DNA of 53,527 nt from an uncultured Gammaproteobacteria bacterium (GTDB lineage: Bacteria > Patescibacteriota > Microgenomatia > UBA10105 > UBA927), in the NCBI GenBank assembly GCA_964527425.1, contig CAZGOA010000007.1, forward strand, positions 1 through 53,527, in the 5' to 3' direction. A model generated the notes under the pieces. The model was not told where the DNA came from. It ran no database searches and worked only from the letters and a program-made list of their open reading frames with translations. The position numbers were made by a program, and so were the translations under genes. Shown here piece by piece: positions 9,231 to 19,502 of this stretch (its first letter is position 1; each line of letters begins with the position of its first letter).

Positions 9231-9680
9231 ATGCTACTTGCTCAAATTAAATCTGACATACAAACTTCATTAAAAGAAGGTAATTCGTTGCGTGTTTCTA
9301 CGCTGCGAATGACTTTATCTGCAATACGGAATAGTGCTATTAGTAAATATGGCGCACGCGGAGAAGAAGGGTTGACAGATCAGGATGTACTCGATGTCAT
9401 AAAAAAGCAGTCAAAGGAAAGAAAAGAATCTATTGAAGCATATAAACAAGCTGGTAGAACAGATTTAGTAGAAAAAGAACAGCAGGAATTGGATATCTTA
9501 GTTCAGTTTTTACCAAAAGAGTTAACAGATGAAGAACTAAAGGCAATCCTTCAGCCAATTATTGCAAGTGGTGAGAAGAATTTTGGACTTATTATGAAAC
9601 AATCAGTTTCTCTTGTACAAGGGAAAGCTGATGGTTCTCGTATTAGCGCAGTTGTAAAACAACTTCTTGGAAATTCTTAA
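9231..9680 (+). CDS. yqeY: GatB/YqeY domain protein
   Basis: LRMTLSAIRN, KQSKERKESIEAYKQAGRTDL, GKADGSRIS; follows rpsU. Confidence 0.9.
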   Translation: MLLAQIKSDIQTSLKEGNSLRVSTLRMTLSAIRNSAISKYGARGEEGLTDQDVLDVIKKQSKERKESIEAYKQAGRTDLVEKEQQELDILVQFLPKELTDEELKAILQPIIASGEKNFGLIMKQSVSLVQGKADGSRISAVVKQLLGNS

Positions 9681-9714
9681 TAAACATGTTAAAACCTTCT
9701 CAAGAAACGAACTC

Positions 9715-10107
9715 ATGATTACAATAAAATTCCAGGCAGCATCACATTATCCCGTTAATCGAAAACTTATAATTAAAGAAGTTAAAGACCTGCTTCATTC
9801 ACGTTTAAAAGGTGATTGTGAAGTCAGTATTTTGATAGGGGGTAATAGACAGATGAAATACCTTAATAAAACATACCGTAATATCGACGACACTACAGAT
9901 GTGTTATCGTTCCCTCAAAATGATCCGTCTCAACCCACAAAACCATTTACACCTCCTCCAGATGGTGTTTTATATTTAGGCGATATCGTAATTTCTTATC
10001 CCGAAGCAGTCAAAGAAGCAGCGAAGGATGATATGATGGTTGATGATAAAATAAATCAACTAGTGCTTCATGGATTAGATCATCTCATGGGAATTCACCA
10101 TGATTAG
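9715..10107 (+). CDS. ybeY: rRNA maturation endoribonuclease YbeY
   Basis: TDVLSFP, LGDIVIS, HGLDHLMGIHH zinc motif. Confidence 0.92.
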   Translation: MITIKFQAASHYPVNRKLIIKEVKDLLHSRLKGDCEVSILIGGNRQMKYLNKTYRNIDDTTDVLSFPQNDPSQPTKPFTPPPDGVLYLGDIVISYPEAVKEAAKDDMMVDDKINQLVLHGLDHLMGIHHD

Positions 10108-10166
10108 TTAGTAATAAAACGAATAGAAATAGTTTTTTCAAGTTTTATTCAAAAAAAAATTAAATC

Positions 10167-11600
10167 ATGTCTTTTTATAATACCTATCGACCTACTGTAT
10201 TAAGCGAAATAGATAATGCACAGGTTAGGAAAACAATCAGTTCGCTTTTATCTAAAAAGAAAGAAGATCTCCCGCATGCCTATTTATTTGTAGGACCAAG
10301 AGGTACCGGAAAAACGACAACAGCTCGTATTGTTGCAAAGCTGTTTAATTGTGTCTCACCGAATAAACAAGGAGAACCTTGCGGATTATGTGATCTGTGT
10401 GTTGCCATTACGAACGGTACTTCTATTGATATCTTAGAAATTGATGCCGCTTCTAATACAGGAGTCGACAATATCAGGGATTTAAAAGATAAAATTCAAC
10501 TTGCTCCGGCACAAGCAACATGGAAAGTCTATATTATCGATGAAGTACATATGCTCTCAACAGGAGCGTTTAATGCACTCTTAAAAACCCTTGAAGAACC
10601 CCCGCCACATACAGTGTTTATCTTGGCAACTACAGACCCACATAAAGTTCCTCAAACAATTCAATCGAGATGCTTACTCATTCAGTTTGCTAAACCAACC
10701 GTTGATGAAATAACAATAGCTCTCAAGCGTATAGTAACTGGTGAAAACATATCGATAGAAGATGAAGCATTTCGTCTGTTAGCTGAAGCTGCTGATGGAT
10801 CGTTTCGAGACGCTACAAAATTACTTGAACAAGCAAGCCTGTTGAATACGCATATTACAAAAAAGAATCTTGAGGAAATGCTAAAGACTTCTACTGATGA
10901 GTCAATACAACTTTTTATTACTAATTTACTGTCATATAAACCAGTCTTACTTATTCAACAGATTGACGCACTGATAAAAGACGGCACTGATATAAAAATG
11001 TTTTATGTAAACATTCTTAAGCAACTCCAAAAAAAACTTGTACATTCTGTAGTATCAAATAGTGCTGATGTAGTGAAACTAACATCGATTACTGATATTT
11101 TGCATCGGTATTACGCGGATGTGAGATCAACAAATTTTCCAGAACTCTCTTTACAAATTGCTGTGTTAACTGCCTGTGAACAAGCTTATGCAGGTCAACA
11201 GCAGTCTATGCAAACTCACGTTAATAAACAGACTCCTGTGTCACCTCCTGTTTCTAAACCTGTTATGTCCACACCACAAAAACAGAATATTTCACCATCT
11301 ACACAGACCACAAATATTTCACAAGTTCTCTCAGTTGCGGGACCTTTAAATCTTGAGCTTCTTACGACAAACTGGCCGCATGTCATTGATGAAGTAAAGA
11401 AGATACATCACGCTACATCTGGGGTACTTAGATCTGCAAAACCACAACAAGTAAATAAAGGAACCGTCATTATTGAAACGTTATATGCATTTCATCGTGA
11501 TAAACTAAATGAAACCGTAGCAAAAGATGCTATAATTAAAGCTATAAAATTATTATTTGGAGAAAAAGTTACGCTTGAGATTATGTTAGCGAAAAAGTAA
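10167..11600 (+). CDS. dnaX: DNA polymerase III subunit gamma/tau
   Basis: YRP, GPRGTGKTT, PCGLCDLC, EIDAASNTGV, DEVHMLS, SRC. Confidence 0.96.
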   Translation: MSFYNTYRPTVLSEIDNAQVRKTISSLLSKKKEDLPHAYLFVGPRGTGKTTTARIVAKLFNCVSPNKQGEPCGLCDLCVAITNGTSIDILEIDAASNTGVDNIRDLKDKIQLAPAQATWKVYIIDEVHMLSTGAFNALLKTLEEPPPHTVFILATTDPHKVPQTIQSRCLLIQFAKPTVDEITIALKRIVTGENISIEDEAFRLLAEAADGSFRDATKLLEQASLLNTHITKKNLEEMLKTSTDESIQLFITNLLSYKPVLLIQQIDALIKDGTDIKMFYVNILKQLQKKLVHSVVSNSADVVKLTSITDILHRYYADVRSTNFPELSLQIAVLTACEQAYAGQQQSMQTHVNKQTPVSPPVSKPVMSTPQKQNISPSTQTTNISQVLSVAGPLNLELLTTNWPHVIDEVKKIHHATSGVLRSAKPQQVNKGTVIIETLYAFHRDKLNETVAKDAIIKAIKLLFGEKVTLEIMLAKK

Positions 11601-11644
11601 GATGTAGAATAACTCTTAATAATTCAAGAAATCGGAGGTACTAT

Positions 11645-11911
11645 ATGCAAAATCCTTTTAAAATGCTGGGCGATATAAACCAAATGAGAAAACAAGCAGC
11701 TCAAATACAGCAAATGCTTGAAAAAGAAGAATACGAAATACATCAAGGTAATGTATATATCTTAATTTCTGGAAATCAACAAATTAAAAATGTAGAAATT
11801 GATGGCGTAAGGCAGGATACATTAATTCGCGCCTTTAATGATGCAATCAAAAAATCCCAACAAGCCGCTGCTTCCAAACTCGGTGATATATCAAAAATGA
11901 TGGGTAACTAA
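11645..11911 (+). CDS. ybaB: YbaB/EbfC nucleoid-associated protein
   Basis: Size, position after dnaX and sequence pattern. Confidence 0.8.
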   Translation: MQNPFKMLGDINQMRKQAAQIQQMLEKEEYEIHQGNVYILISGNQQIKNVEIDGVRQDTLIRAFNDAIKKSQQAAASKLGDISKMMGN

Positions 11912-11931
11912 TAGTTACTTAACTGTTTAAA

Positions 11932-12882
11932 ATGACAAGCATGAATGTCGTTGTAATTGGTTCGCTTGGATTTGATTACATAATGAATTTTTCCGGTCGC
12001 TTTACTGACCGGATCATGGAAGAAAAAATTCACAGTCTTTCGTTAAGTTTTCTCGTTGACACCTTAAGTAAACAATTTGGAGGAACCGCTGGAAATATTG
12101 CATATAGTCTTAAACTGCTCGGGATACAACCTGTTATGCTTGCCTGTGTTGGAAAAGATTTTTCACAGTACAAGCGATTTTTAAAACAAAAAAAAATTTC
12201 TACAGACTATATAAAAGACGTACCAGATCTATCTACCAGTTCATATTTTGTAATCACTGATTTGGCAAATAATCAAATTGGGTCTTATTATACCGGAGCA
12301 ATGAAACATGCAACGACATTATCTCTTAAATCAGTAAGACTACCAGTTAATTTTGTAGTTATAGCTCCAACAAACCCCAAAGCAATGATTAAGGCTGTTG
12401 GTGAATGTAAACAGTTACAAATTCCTTATATGTATGATCCGGCCTTTCAAATCTCTACATTTACTACCGATGAATTACTGGATGGTATTGAGCATGCAAG
12501 GATACTAATTGGAAATGATTATGAGATTGGCTTAATTGAAGAAACTCTAGGGATATCACACGATGAACTTATTACTAAAGTACCTCTACTGATTACAACA
12601 TTAGGAGATAAAGGTTCAATTATAGAAACACAAACCCAAGCTATCCATATAAAACCTGCAAAAGCAAAAGGAACAGTTGACCCAACTGGTGCTGGAGATG
12701 CGTATAGAGCAGGATTTTTAGCTGGCTATTTACAACAATTTCCTTTAGAAGTCTGTGGTCAGATGGGATCTACTGCTGCTGTGTATACCGTTGAACTATA
12801 TGGAACTCAAACTCATACGTATAAAAAAAGAGACTTTATTCGGCGTTATGATGAGAATTTCCACACCCAGTTGAATTTTTAA
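11932..12882 (+). CDS. PfkB-family nucleoside (adenosine-like) kinase
   Basis: GGTAGNIAYSL, DPTGAGDAYRAG motifs. Confidence 0.85.
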   Translation: MTSMNVVVIGSLGFDYIMNFSGRFTDRIMEEKIHSLSLSFLVDTLSKQFGGTAGNIAYSLKLLGIQPVMLACVGKDFSQYKRFLKQKKISTDYIKDVPDLSTSSYFVITDLANNQIGSYYTGAMKHATTLSLKSVRLPVNFVVIAPTNPKAMIKAVGECKQLQIPYMYDPAFQISTFTTDELLDGIEHARILIGNDYEIGLIEETLGISHDELITKVPLLITTLGDKGSIIETQTQAIHIKPAKAKGTVDPTGAGDAYRAGFLAGYLQQFPLEVCGQMGSTAAVYTVELYGTQTHTYKKRDFIRRYDENFHTQLNF

Positions 12883-12973
12883 TTCTAATACATTATTTCA
12901 CTACGCACATTGTATTAAGCAATAAATATTCGTGGTTGTGAGTAAATAATATCGGGTTGTATAATTAATACCT

Positions 12974-13756
12974 ATGAAATTTATACATCTTATTGCAGAT
13001 TATGGTACTGGTGACGGCGCTTTCGGAGAGGTTATACAAAAAATGTATAGTCTTTCTACAGATATTACAGTGTATCCAACTAGCGTACCGTCTTTTTCTA
13101 CTATAGCTACGGGATTTTGGACTGCTCAATATGCCTTAGTAAATCCTTTAAAAGACATGATGATTTATACAAACACTGCGCCAAGAAAAGATAAAAAAGA
13201 ATCCCGTGATAGAAACGAAGGCGAAAAACTCATTTATGCATTATTAAAAAACGGAGTCACTGTTGTTGGAGTAAACGCAGGACATTGTTTTTCATTCATT
13301 AAAGAACACATTAAATCAATTCATGTCGTAAATGTTGCAAATAAAGGATCGCAGTTTCGATCAAGAGACTTTTATCCGGAAGCAGTGATCGGGATATCCA
13401 AAGGGAATAAAGAATATATTGGTGAAGCAATAGATGTCTCAACTATTCCTGATATACCAAAACAACGAATTGCATGGATAGACGGGTATGGCAATATAAA
13501 AACAACAACTCGACTAAATGATGTTTCACTTACCTCAGGGCAACCTGTATTAGTAACTCTCAATAACATTAAACGCACAGCATACTTTACAGATGGCACC
13601 TTTTCTGTTCATGAAGGGCAATTAGCTTTTGCTCCAGGATCATCTGGAGGTGAGAATAAATGTATGGAATTATTTTTACGAGGTTTATCTGCCTGGAAAG
13701 AATTTGGGAAGCCAGAAGTAGAACAGGAATTTGATATTACACCGTTATCTGAATAA
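12974..13756 (+). CDS. SAM hydrolase / SAM-dependent halogenase family (DUF62-like)
   Basis: IHLIADYGTGD, QFRSRDFY, WIDGYGNIKT, MELF motifs. Confidence 0.75.
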   Translation: MKFIHLIADYGTGDGAFGEVIQKMYSLSTDITVYPTSVPSFSTIATGFWTAQYALVNPLKDMMIYTNTAPRKDKKESRDRNEGEKLIYALLKNGVTVVGVNAGHCFSFIKEHIKSIHVVNVANKGSQFRSRDFYPEAVIGISKGNKEYIGEAIDVSTIPDIPKQRIAWIDGYGNIKTTTRLNDVSLTSGQPVLVTLNNIKRTAYFTDGTFSVHEGQLAFAPGSSGGENKCMELFLRGLSAWKEFGKPEVEQEFDITPLSE

Positions 13757-13822
13757 CATCGTTTCTCTATTACACAACCTTCTTAACTGCAGCATATGTA
13801 CGCTGTTTAAATAGTCTTTACT

Positions 13823-14773
13823 ATGAATATCTGGCATTCATTAACAAAACCGATCATGATATTAGCTCCGATGGAAGATGTAACAGATACAGTGTTTCGT
13901 CAGATTGTTTTGGCTTGTGGTAAACCTGATCTTTTTTTTACCGAATTTACAAATGTAGAAGGACTGGCATCAGAAAAGGGAAGTGTAATTGTTTCACAAC
14001 GTCTTCAGTTTACAATTCAGGAAAAACCGATCATTGCACAGGTATGGGGGAAAGAACCGAATCATTATTATCAAGCAGCTATAAAAATTAAAAAAATGGG
14101 GTTTGACGGTATCGATATAAACATGGGATGTCCTGAAAAATCTGTGACTAAAAATGGGTGTTGCAGTGCCCTGATAAACAATCAATCCCTTGCCACTGAG
14201 ATTATTCGAGCAACACAAGAAGGGGCTGGTGGAGATCTCCCAGTGAGTGTAAAAACTCGCATTGGTTTTAACCACATCGTGACTGATAGTTGGATACCTT
14301 TTCTTTTATCACATGAATTGAGTGCGTTAACGATTCATGGAAGAACGGCAAAAGAACAATCAGCAGTTCCGTGTCACTGGGATGAAATTGCTAAAGCCGT
14401 AGAAATTCGCAATCAATTACAAAGTAACACTCTCATCATTGGTAATGGCGATGTAGTAACTCTTAAAGAAGCAAAAGAAAAAGTCGATACATATAAGGTT
14501 GATGGAGTCATGATAGGAAGAGGTATATTTCATAATCCGTATCTATTTTCTGGACGGAAACGTGAAGATATCTTGCAGAAAGAGTTTATTAACTTATTAC
14601 GTGCACATATTGATTTATATAAAAAAACCTGGGGTTCGAAAAAAAATTACGCTGTATTAAAAAAATACTACAAAATATATATCCAGGGATTTAAAGGCGC
14701 ACAAGAACTGAGAGAAAAACTGATGCTGACAAGTTCTTATGAGGAAGTAGAACAAGTACTGAATACCTACTAA
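13823..14773 (+). CDS. dus: tRNA-dihydrouridine synthase
   Basis: LAPMEDVTD, IDINMGCP, VSVKTRIG, HGRT, GNGD, VMIGRG. Confidence 0.93.
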   Translation: MNIWHSLTKPIMILAPMEDVTDTVFRQIVLACGKPDLFFTEFTNVEGLASEKGSVIVSQRLQFTIQEKPIIAQVWGKEPNHYYQAAIKIKKMGFDGIDINMGCPEKSVTKNGCCSALINNQSLATEIIRATQEGAGGDLPVSVKTRIGFNHIVTDSWIPFLLSHELSALTIHGRTAKEQSAVPCHWDEIAKAVEIRNQLQSNTLIIGNGDVVTLKEAKEKVDTYKVDGVMIGRGIFHNPYLFSGRKREDILQKEFINLLRAHIDLYKKTWGSKKNYAVLKKYYKIYIQGFKGAQELREKLMLTSSYEEVEQVLNTY

Positions 14774-15034
14774 TTATTGTTCTTTTGACTGCTCATACCA
14801 TTTATATAAGTCTGCGGCATCCTGATTAATAGCTGGCAATTCTTCCAGAAATTTATCTCTAATCTGAATTGAGGTGAGTTGATTTACCTGTAATGATTTA
14901 GCCCAATTGGTTAATTTTTCTACTAATTGTTTTGCTTGTTCAGGAGTTAACCCTGCAGCAAGTCCTACTTTTGATAAATTAATAGGATTAAATGGCTCAA
15001 CTTCACCATTTCTTTTTACGACTTGAGGCAACAT
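14774..15034 (-). CDS. Stand-alone ATP-cone domain protein
   Basis: VVKRNGEVEPFNPINL...TSIQIRDKFLEEL. Confidence 0.75.
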   Translation of the reverse strand: MLPQVVKRNGEVEPFNPINLSKVGLAAGLTPEQAKQLVEKLTNWAKSLQVNQLTSIQIRDKFLEELPAINQDAADLYKWYEQSKEQ

Positions 15035-15123
15035 ACATTCCACTATATCTATAAATAAAAAAATTGCCAAGGGTAATATTGATGGGTTCTTTTTTTATTT
15101 AAAATACGATATAACATTCTAAT

Positions 15124-15606
15124 ATGAGTACAGAACCTAATACTAATGAAACATGTCCAAAATGTAATAGTCCATTATCTGAAGTAACAACTACTCCAAC
15201 TGGAAGGAAACTTCAACGATGCAGTGCAGGAACATGGAATCCTGAAACTCGAAAAACTGAAGGCTGTGATTATGTAAAATGGTTACCTGTAGAACCAGAA
15301 ACGCTTGATGAACCATGTCCCAAATGCGGAGCTCCATTAGTATTAAATGTTACCCGATTTGGAAAGAAGATGAAAAAGTGCTCTACAAATATCTGGGATC
15401 CAGAAAAAAAACAATCAACGGGATGCAATTATGTTGAATGGATTAACGGCTCTACTGAACCTCTTGAAGAAGATTGTCCAGAGTGTGGTGAAAAATTAGT
15501 TCTCTTTACTACTAACAGCGGTAAGAGAATGAAAAAATGTTCAACTTCAGGGTGGGATAAGGATAAACGTCAAGCAACGGGCTGTACGTATGTCCAGTGG
15601 CTATAA
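15124..15606 (+). CDS. Stand-alone topoisomerase-type C4 zinc-ribbon repeat protein (3 repeats)
   Basis: Three CPxC...C..W.......GC.YV.W units. Confidence 0.8.
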   Translation: MSTEPNTNETCPKCNSPLSEVTTTPTGRKLQRCSAGTWNPETRKTEGCDYVKWLPVEPETLDEPCPKCGAPLVLNVTRFGKKMKKCSTNIWDPEKKQSTGCNYVEWINGSTEPLEEDCPECGEKLVLFTTNSGKRMKKCSTSGWDKDKRQATGCTYVQWL

Positions 15607-15717
15607 AAAAACTCTCATTGTCTTATACTTTCAAGCTTTGTTACTATCTATATAGTACATTTAAAACGAATGTACTAATTTCACTGTTTGCTTTGTTTCT
15701 AAATTACGGGAGGAATT

Positions 15718-16140
15718 ATGAATATTGAAGTGAATTATTTAGCGATATTGTTGGCTAGTGTAGCCTCTATGGTACTTGGGTTTTTATGGTACAGTCCAAT
15801 ATTATTTGGAAATCAATGGATGAAACTTCGAGGGTTTACTGCAGAATCCCTCAAAAAAGCCCAAAAAGAAATGGGTCCGCTGTATGGAGTTAGTTTTGTT
15901 GTTAGTTTGGTAACGGCCTATGTCTTATCTCATGTTATGACGTTATCTGGTGCCTATTTTGGATATCCCAAAATTACCACTGGATTAAACACTGCCATTT
16001 TTATGTGGTTAGGATTTATGATGCCAGTCCAATTAACAGCCACGATTTTTGGAAATAAAAAATGGGCACTATTTGGTATAGACACAGGATATCAATTAGC
16101 ATCAGTAATAGTCATGGCTTTAGTACTTGCATTATTCTAA
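15718..16140 (+). CDS. Four-TM membrane protein, DUF1761-like
   Basis: INY-like NYLAILLA, GFLWYSPILFGNQWMK, IDTGYQL. Confidence 0.75.
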   Translation: MNIEVNYLAILLASVASMVLGFLWYSPILFGNQWMKLRGFTAESLKKAQKEMGPLYGVSFVVSLVTAYVLSHVMTLSGAYFGYPKITTGLNTAIFMWLGFMMPVQLTATIFGNKKWALFGIDTGYQLASVIVMALVLALF

Positions 16141-16164
16141 TCATGAGCTGTATATAATACAGCT

Positions 16165-16497
16165 ATGACATTATTGTTAACCTCAAGAGTAACCACTGAA
16201 CAAATTGGCTTGGCTGCACAAGACCTTGATGGATATGTTAAATTTGTGGTTGACCTTAAACAAAAAATAATGACTATCGGGAGTGCGCGTCAAGTTCAAG
16301 GAAAAGAGCTATTGTTAAATAAGGGTAGCAGTCAACAAGATTTGTGGAGTGGGGGAATAGATTTAGAAAGTCATCAAATTGACTATGATTCTATGAATAA
16401 TATTCGTCCAACTCAAGGAAATACCAGTAGAGAAGTGTTGTCACAAGAAATACGTGATCAAATGAAAAAAATAGTATTAGATTTTTTAACCTTATGA
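16165..16497 (+). CDS. DUF5674-like protein
   Basis: YVKFVVDL, GSSQQDLWSGG, DYDSMNNIRPTQGNTSREV. Confidence 0.65.
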   Translation: MTLLLTSRVTTEQIGLAAQDLDGYVKFVVDLKQKIMTIGSARQVQGKELLLNKGSSQQDLWSGGIDLESHQIDYDSMNNIRPTQGNTSREVLSQEIRDQMKKIVLDFLTL

Positions 16498-16777
16498 ACG
16501 CTGAAGATATTATTTTAAATATTTCTGTTAATCTTAATCGCATTGCCCGTTGGTCTTTAGAGGGTGGAGAAAGCGAATACATCAATTTTTAGATGAAACA
16601 AAAATGTATATTGATCAATTACATACAACACCTAAATCTGATCTGTTTAACAAAACATTTAAACGATTTTACAAAGAATTTATGTTTTTATCTTCACAAA
16701 AAACATATTCCCCTGAGTGGATAGAATCGATCGCAACATGGGATAATATTCTTCAACATCGAGCGAAACTTACTTAG
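16494..16777 (+). pseudogene. Helical hypothetical protein split by a -1 frameshift near 16565
   Basis: ATGA-coupled start gives MNAEDIILNISVNLNRIARWSLEG, stopping at 16592; the other frame continues RKRIHQFLDETK...WDNILQHRAKLT. Confidence 0.55.
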
Positions 16778-16918
16778 TTCTTGTAAGGCAAATACATCTT
16801 GACCATAACGTTACGTGATAGTTTACAATTACGTCATAAGAGATGCGATGAAGTATTACAGTGAACACAACTAAACATTATTTCCGTGAGGATCCAACGG
16901 ACATTGCATGATAAATTA

Positions 16919-17509
16919 TTATTTATTTGAAGACCGTGTTGCGCAAAGATTACTCCATAACCCTTTTTTTTCGTTGCGTGCTAACTCTTCAGCTTGTAAA
17001 AATATTGATTGATTTTTTATATCTGGCGGATAAGAACTAGAAACAGCATATCCTTCACGGACTAAATATTCATTTATAAGAACGCTGTCTAACCAAACAT
17101 ATCTTAATAATCTTCCATATCTATCTGTTTCTGATACATCTTTTTCCAGTTCTACAGTTTTGCCTTCTACTAACTGTTTATTTATTTCTGATGCTTCTTT
17201 TCCATAACACATAACAGACTTTTTTCTATGAACTGTTTCTGGAGTGTCTATTCCTATATATCTTACCGTTTCGCCTGTTTCTAATGTAATGGTATCTCCA
17301 TCAACAACGCGCTCTACTTTTGCAAATACCCCTGATGTTTTTAATGCTGCAGATGTCGTTGAAGATGAAAGTACTACTGCTGTACTAGGAGTGGGTTCTA
17401 CCGTAAGAATTGGTTCTTCCTGGCTATATTCGGTGAATAACAATAATAAAGCAGTGACGAGCGAAAGAAGGAGAGTGATATTTTTTTTAGATAGTTTTTT
17501 ATATTTCAT
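16919..17509 (-). CDS. Membrane-anchored thermonuclease (SNase-like)
   Basis: VVDGDTI, VRYIGIDTPE, DRYGRLLRYVW, EGYA. Confidence 0.92.
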   Translation of the reverse strand: MKYKKLSKKNITLLLSLVTALLLLFTEYSQEEPILTVEPTPSTAVVLSSSTTSAALKTSGVFAKVERVVDGDTITLETGETVRYIGIDTPETVHRKKSVMCYGKEASEINKQLVEGKTVELEKDVSETDRYGRLLRYVWLDSVLINEYLVREGYAVSSSYPPDIKNQSIFLQAEELARNEKKGLWSNLCATRSSNK

Positions 17510-17568
17510 TTTTAAAACCTTCTAGCAGATAATACTATACACCACTATACATGTGGTACTATTTACTC

Positions 17569-18432
17569 ATGAAGAAAATACATCTTTCCATAACCATACA
17601 TGCGCCTGTTAACACTGTGTGGGAGACTGTTATCGGTAAAGAAACGTATCCGTTGTGGACAGAAACATTCCATCCAGGATCAGACATCAAAGGTACATGG
17701 CAAAAGGGTGAAAAAGTATACTTTATCGGACCTAATGAGAATGGAAATAATGATGGTATGGTAAGTGAAATTGCAGAATTTATCCCTCATGAATTTATTT
17801 CCATAAAGCACCTTGGATTTCTTCAAGATGGTGTTGAAGATACAGAAAGTCCTGCTATAAAAGCATGGGCACCATCGTATGAAAACTACACTCTAAAAGA
17901 ACGTGATGGAAAAACAGAATTTACTGTAGATATGGATGCATCTGAGGAATATTATGACTACTTTAACGAAACTTGGCCAAAAGCGTTAGAAAAACTCAAA
18001 GAAGTTTCAGAAACCGGAAAAAGTTCAACTATAAGTACTATTGCCTGGGTTAAAGCACCAATTGAAAAAGTTTGGGAATACTACACTTCTCCAAACCACA
18101 TTATAAAATGGGCGTTTGCCTCAGATGATTGGGAAGCACCACATGCAGAAAATGATGTCAAAGTGGGAGGCAGATTTAAAACAACAATGGCAGCCAAAGA
18201 TAAAAGTGCGCAATTTGATTTTACCGGTACATATACAGAGGTTAAACCACAAGCACTTCTCGCTTATACGCTTGATGATGGTAGAAAAGTGACGGTACAG
18301 TTTTCAAAGACTCCAACCTCTGTGCAAGTTATTGTCATGTTTGATATGGAACATGAAAATACAAGAGAATTACAAAAAGAAGGCTGGCAGGCGATATTAA
18401 ATAACTTTAAAAAATATGTGGAGAAGAACTAA
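17569..18432 (+). CDS. Tandem SRPBCC (Aha1-like) domain protein
   Basis: Two units: APVNTVWE...W...WPKALEKLK and APIEKVWEYYT...GWQAILNNFKKYVE. Confidence 0.8.
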   Translation: MKKIHLSITIHAPVNTVWETVIGKETYPLWTETFHPGSDIKGTWQKGEKVYFIGPNENGNNDGMVSEIAEFIPHEFISIKHLGFLQDGVEDTESPAIKAWAPSYENYTLKERDGKTEFTVDMDASEEYYDYFNETWPKALEKLKEVSETGKSSTISTIAWVKAPIEKVWEYYTSPNHIIKWAFASDDWEAPHAENDVKVGGRFKTTMAAKDKSAQFDFTGTYTEVKPQALLAYTLDDGRKVTVQFSKTPTSVQVIVMFDMEHENTRELQKEGWQAILNNFKKYVEKN

Positions 18433-19416
18433 TTATCCTCTCATAACAAGAAATACTGTATAGGCTATATATCCAAGAAGCATAATTATACCTTCTTTTC
18501 TGCCGATTGAGTGCTTTTTCCATACAAAAATTGAGAAAAAGAGGATAGAAGTAGAAAGAATAACGATTGCAATATCTACAATTTGAAATCCTTTTATAGG
18601 AACAGACTTAAACAGGGCTGTAGTACTCAGGATTAATAACACGTTAAAAATATTTGATCCTACAATATTTCCCACTGCTATATCCGGATCTTTTTTTCTC
18701 GCTGCTGCAATATTGGTAAACAGTTCAGGAAAACTTGTTCCGGCAGAAATAAGTGTTAACCCTATTAACGTGTCACTTAAACCTAATAAACGTGCAATGC
18801 TGACGGCATTATCTACAGCAAGCTGGCTCCCTAACGTTAAACCAAGCAAGCCTGCTCCAATATATAAACAAATTGATAACATTGATCGTTTGTTGATAAT
18901 AATATCTGCATCTCCCGTAGCTTTTGAAATACCGAAGGTATAGTAGAGAAAGATAATAAAAAAACTTAAGAGTATTAACCCTCCTGATCTATTTATTTCT
19001 CCGACAATACTTTGACTACTTAAAACCGAAAAATCAAATGTCCAATTATTTATAAACGAACTGAGTCCTAACATTGCGGCAATAAGTATTGCTAGTAAAG
19101 ATAATGGAATTTCTTTCCACGTCGTGTTTTTATGAACTACTAACGGATATATTGAAGCGCTAAGTCCAACAATGAGCAAAATATTAAATATATTTGATCC
19201 TAAAACATTTCCTAAAGCAATATCTGTACTACCACGATACGCACTCATGAGAGACACCACGAGTTCTGGTGCAGAAGTCCCGAATGCTACTACTGTCAAT
19301 CCAATAACAATAGGTCGAATACGAAATTTGCCTGCTAGAGAGGAAGCTCCATCCACTAAATAATCAGCGCCCTTAATTAATACTATAAGTCCAATAATAA
19401 ATAGAATAAATGCCAT
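18433..19416 (-). CDS. Calcium/sodium antiporter (CaCA, YrbG-like)
   Basis: Alpha repeats GTSAPELVVS / GTSFPELFT and GNVLGSNIFN / GNIVGSNIFN. Confidence 0.92.
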   Translation of the reverse strand: MAFILFIIGLIVLIKGADYLVDGASSLAGKFRIRPIVIGLTVVAFGTSAPELVVSLMSAYRGSTDIALGNVLGSNIFNILLIVGLSASIYPLVVHKNTTWKEIPLSLLAILIAAMLGLSSFINNWTFDFSVLSSQSIVGEINRSGGLILLSFFIIFLYYTFGISKATGDADIIINKRSMLSICLYIGAGLLGLTLGSQLAVDNAVSIARLLGLSDTLIGLTLISAGTSFPELFTNIAAARKKDPDIAVGNIVGSNIFNVLLILSTTALFKSVPIKGFQIVDIAIVILSTSILFFSIFVWKKHSIGRKEGIIMLLGYIAYTVFLVMRG

Positions 19417-19502
19417 ACTGTATCTACAGAGATTACCATATTTTATAAATAGTTCGATAGTAATACATTTCACTTGCATAAGCCTCGTGGTACAATCCCT
19501 AC

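Noticed and set aside
11029-11036. A8 run in dnaX as a gamma-subunit frameshift or slippage site
   Set aside because: Falls at about codon 288, too early to yield a complete clamp-loader gamma; no stimulatory hairpin; A-runs are common here.
16799-16918. Promoter-like TTGACC...TACAAT suggesting an sRNA
   Set aside because: 19-bp spacer, no clear terminator and weak structure.
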